From: an uncultured Lachnospiraceae bacterium
GTDB lineage: Bacteria > Bacillota > Clostridia > Lachnospirales > Lachnospiraceae
DNA: 63,032 nt
Assembly (NCBI GenBank): GCA_964422365.1
Contig: CAYRAV010000013.1
Location: forward strand, 1 to 63,032
Direction: 5' to 3'
The notes beneath the pieces were generated by a model that saw nothing but the letters and a program-made list of their open reading frames with translations, did no database searches and was not told the origin of the DNA. Shown here in pieces: positions 61,091-63,032 of this stretch. Numbering within the stretch: position 1 is the stretch's first letter; every line of letters starts with the position of its first letter. The translations under genes and the position numbers were made by a program.

Positions 61091-62281
61091 ATGATTGCAA
61101 GAGGAATGTTGAAATATGTAGAAAATAGTTCTGTTATTAGAGCTATGTTTGAAGAAGGAAAGAAAATGGCTGCAATATATGGTGCAGAAAATGTTTATGA
61201 TTTTAGTTTGGGAAATCCCAGTGTAGAGCCGCCAAAAGCAGTAAAAGAAACAATTGTTTCTCTATTAGAAGAAGAAAAGCCTAATGTGTTACATGGATAT
61301 ATGAATAACTCAGGTTACGAAGAAGTAAGAACGGCTATTGCAGAATCTATTAATAAAAAGCATGATACTAATCTTAATGAAGATAATATTTTAATGACTG
61401 TTGGTGCAGCAGGAGGATTGAATGTAATTTTAAAAACGTTATTAGATCCAGAGGATGAAGTGATTGTATTTGCCCCCTTCTTTGGGGAATACGTGAATTA
61501 TGTAGCAAATTTTTCAGGAAAAGTGGTGATTGTACCAGCAAATACAGAAGATTTCCAGATTAATCTGGCCGCTTTTGCCAATTCCATTACATCAAAAACA
61601 AAAGCTGTAATTATAAATAATCCAAATAACCCTACAGGAGTAGTGTATTCTGAATATACCATTATGGCTTTGTCAGAAATTTTATATAAAAAACAGCATG
61701 AATATGGAACTTCTATTTACCTAATTTCAGATGAACCATATAGGGAATTGGTGTATGATGGAGTAGAAGTTCCATATCTTGTAAAGTATTATGACAATAC
61801 GATTATCGGTTATTCATATAGTAAGTCATTGTCCCTGCCAGGAGAGAGAATTGGCTATCTTGTGATGCCATCTTCGTTAGATGATTATAAAAATATTATT
61901 GCAGCTGCTAATGTGGCGAATCGGATTCTGGGTTTTGTCAATGCACCTTCTCTCATGCAGAAAGTTGTCGCACAATGCTTAAATGAAGAAGTGGATATAG
62001 AAGCCTATAATAAAAACAGAGAGTTATTGTATACAGAACTCACAAAATATGGATATGAATGTGTCAAGCCGCAAGGAGCATTTTACTTGTTTGTAAAAGC
62101 ATTAGAAGAAGATGACCATATTTTTGCAGAAAAGGCGAAAAAACATAATCTGCTTCTTGTTCCAGGAAGCTCATTCTATTGTAGTGGATATGTAAGAATT
62201 TCATATTGTGTGGATTATGATATGATGAAACGTTCCCTGCCAGCATTCAAGGCACTGGCACAGGAATATAAGAAAAATTAG
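61091..62281 (+). CDS. Pyridoxal-phosphate-dependent aminotransferase (class I/II, aspartate aminotransferase fold)
   Basis: PLP-lysine context YSYSKSLSLPGERIGY. RBS AGGAGG. Confidence 0.85.
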   Translation: MIARGMLKYVENSSVIRAMFEEGKKMAAIYGAENVYDFSLGNPSVEPPKAVKETIVSLLEEEKPNVLHGYMNNSGYEEVRTAIAESINKKHDTNLNEDNILMTVGAAGGLNVILKTLLDPEDEVIVFAPFFGEYVNYVANFSGKVVIVPANTEDFQINLAAFANSITSKTKAVIINNPNNPTGVVYSEYTIMALSEILYKKQHEYGTSIYLISDEPYRELVYDGVEVPYLVKYYDNTIIGYSYSKSLSLPGERIGYLVMPSSLDDYKNIIAAANVANRILGFVNAPSLMQKVVAQCLNEEVDIEAYNKNRELLYTELTKYGYECVKPQGAFYLFVKALEEDDHIFAEKAKKHNLLLVPGSSFYCSGYVRISYCVDYDMMKRSLPAFKALAQEYKKN

Positions 62282-62322
62282 CTTAATATTGACAAAATTT
62301 TTTAGGTTGTTTAGAGATGCTT

Positions 62323-62487
62323 TAGAGCGTGTTTGAAAATTTATTATCACAATCTGCACACCTTCATTTTGCACGGATATTAGGTCCAAATTCATTCAAT
62401 GCAGCCCGCTGCACCTCATGAAATTGGACCTAATATCCCACAAATTGTAACACACATCTTGAACAAGCAATTTTCAAACACGATCAA
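62323..62487 (+). mobile_element. MITE copy
   Basis: TAGAGCGTGTTTGAAAATT...hairpin ccaaattcattcaatgcagcccgctgcacctcatgaaattgg...GCAATTTTCAAACACGATCA. Confidence 0.8.
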
Positions 62488-62646
62488 GGACGTTTCAGTA
62501 CAATATGTCTTGTGGGGATAAGTAAATTGAATGAGGAGCTGTCACAGAATAGCTTTTTATTTTAATTTATCTTTTGTCAAAATTCAAAGTTATTTCATGA
62601 CAACTTCTAAGTGGAAAAACAACAGAAAAGAGAGGAAAGAGGAAAG

Positions 62647-63032
62647 ATGAGAGCTTGGGAAAAAAATATACGTAAAGTAGTACCATATGTTCCAGGAGAG
62701 CAGCCTAACCTGCCAAATATGATTAAGTTGAACACAAATGAAAATCCATATCCGCCCGCACCTGCTGTGAAAAAAGCACAGATGGACTTTGAAACAGAGC
62801 AGTTAAGATTATATCCAGATCCAACATCACATGTTTTGACAGATACATTAGCAAATTATTATAGAGTGAACAAAAATCAGATATTTGTTGGTGTAGGTTC
62901 AGATGATGTTCTGGCAGTGGCATTTATGACATTTTTTAATTCAAATAATCCAATTTTATTTCCAGATATTACATACTCATTTTATGATGTTTGGGCAAAT
63001 TTATTTCATATTCCATTTGAAAGACCAAAACT
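62647..63032 (+). CDS. Histidinol-phosphate/class II PLP aminotransferase (HisC-like); the reading frame is open to the window end
   Basis: N-terminus IKLNTNENPYPP is typical of the HisC/CobD family. The ORF is open to the end of the window. RBS AGAGGAAAGAGG. Confidence 0.7.
   Translation, partial: MRAWEKNIRKVVPYVPGEQPNLPNMIKLNTNENPYPPAPAVKKAQMDFETEQLRLYPDPTSHVLTDTLANYYRVNKNQIFVGVGSDDVLAVAFMTFFNSNNPILFPDITYSFYDVWANLFHIPFERPK

Noticed and set aside
9531-62487. CRISPR array hypothesis for the repeated hairpin-containing sequences
   Set aside because: Repeat units are 165-230 bp with terminal inverted repeats. They are dispersed kilobases apart rather than regularly spaced with short spacers. 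No cas genes are present.

Overview
This is a 63 kb AT-rich chromosomal segment, probably from a sporulating Firmicute (Clostridia-like). That call is inferred from gene content: ftsQ/divIB and ftsZ followed by spoIIGA-sigE-sigG. All gene coordinates come from the supplied ORF track, with starts adjusted where an RBS (ribosome-binding site) supports a better start; all products are inferred from motifs I recognise by eye, with no database search run.

Main content, in order:
- The 3' end of the cell-division cluster (ftsQ/divIB partial, ftsZ).
- A 3.4 kb insertion between ftsZ and spoIIGA carrying a TnpV-like gene, a MarR regulator, a cyclase-family gene and a degenerate IS3-family element with a frameshifted transposase.
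- spoIIGA-sigE-sigG.
- A TetR regulator with a flavodoxin/ferredoxin gene, an 8-oxoguanine DNA glycosylase, a maltose O-acetyltransferase and a MATE efflux pump.
- A solitary DpnI-type methyl-directed restriction endonuclease with an uncharacterised 440-aa neighbour.
- Two antimicrobial-peptide-type two-component/ABC modules.
- PBP1A (class A penicillin-binding protein), a GGDEF diguanylate cyclase, a K+/H+ antiporter, RecQ, a methyl-accepting chemotaxis protein and a rhomboid protease.
- Two tandem WYL-domain regulators divergent from rtcB, with a tRNA-like element 3' of rtcB.
- Miscellaneous enzymes and an incomplete class II PLP aminotransferase (hisC-like) at the window end.

Two things stand out at the sequence level:
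- About 12 full, partial or solo copies of a roughly 165-230 bp TA-flanked element with 19-bp terminal inverted repeats (TAGAGCGTGTTTGAAAATT) and an internal hairpin. It looks like a MITE (miniature inverted-repeat transposable element).
- A second, roughly 55-nt intergenic motif present in four copies.

No CRISPR array, rRNA gene or canonical tRNA gene was found.
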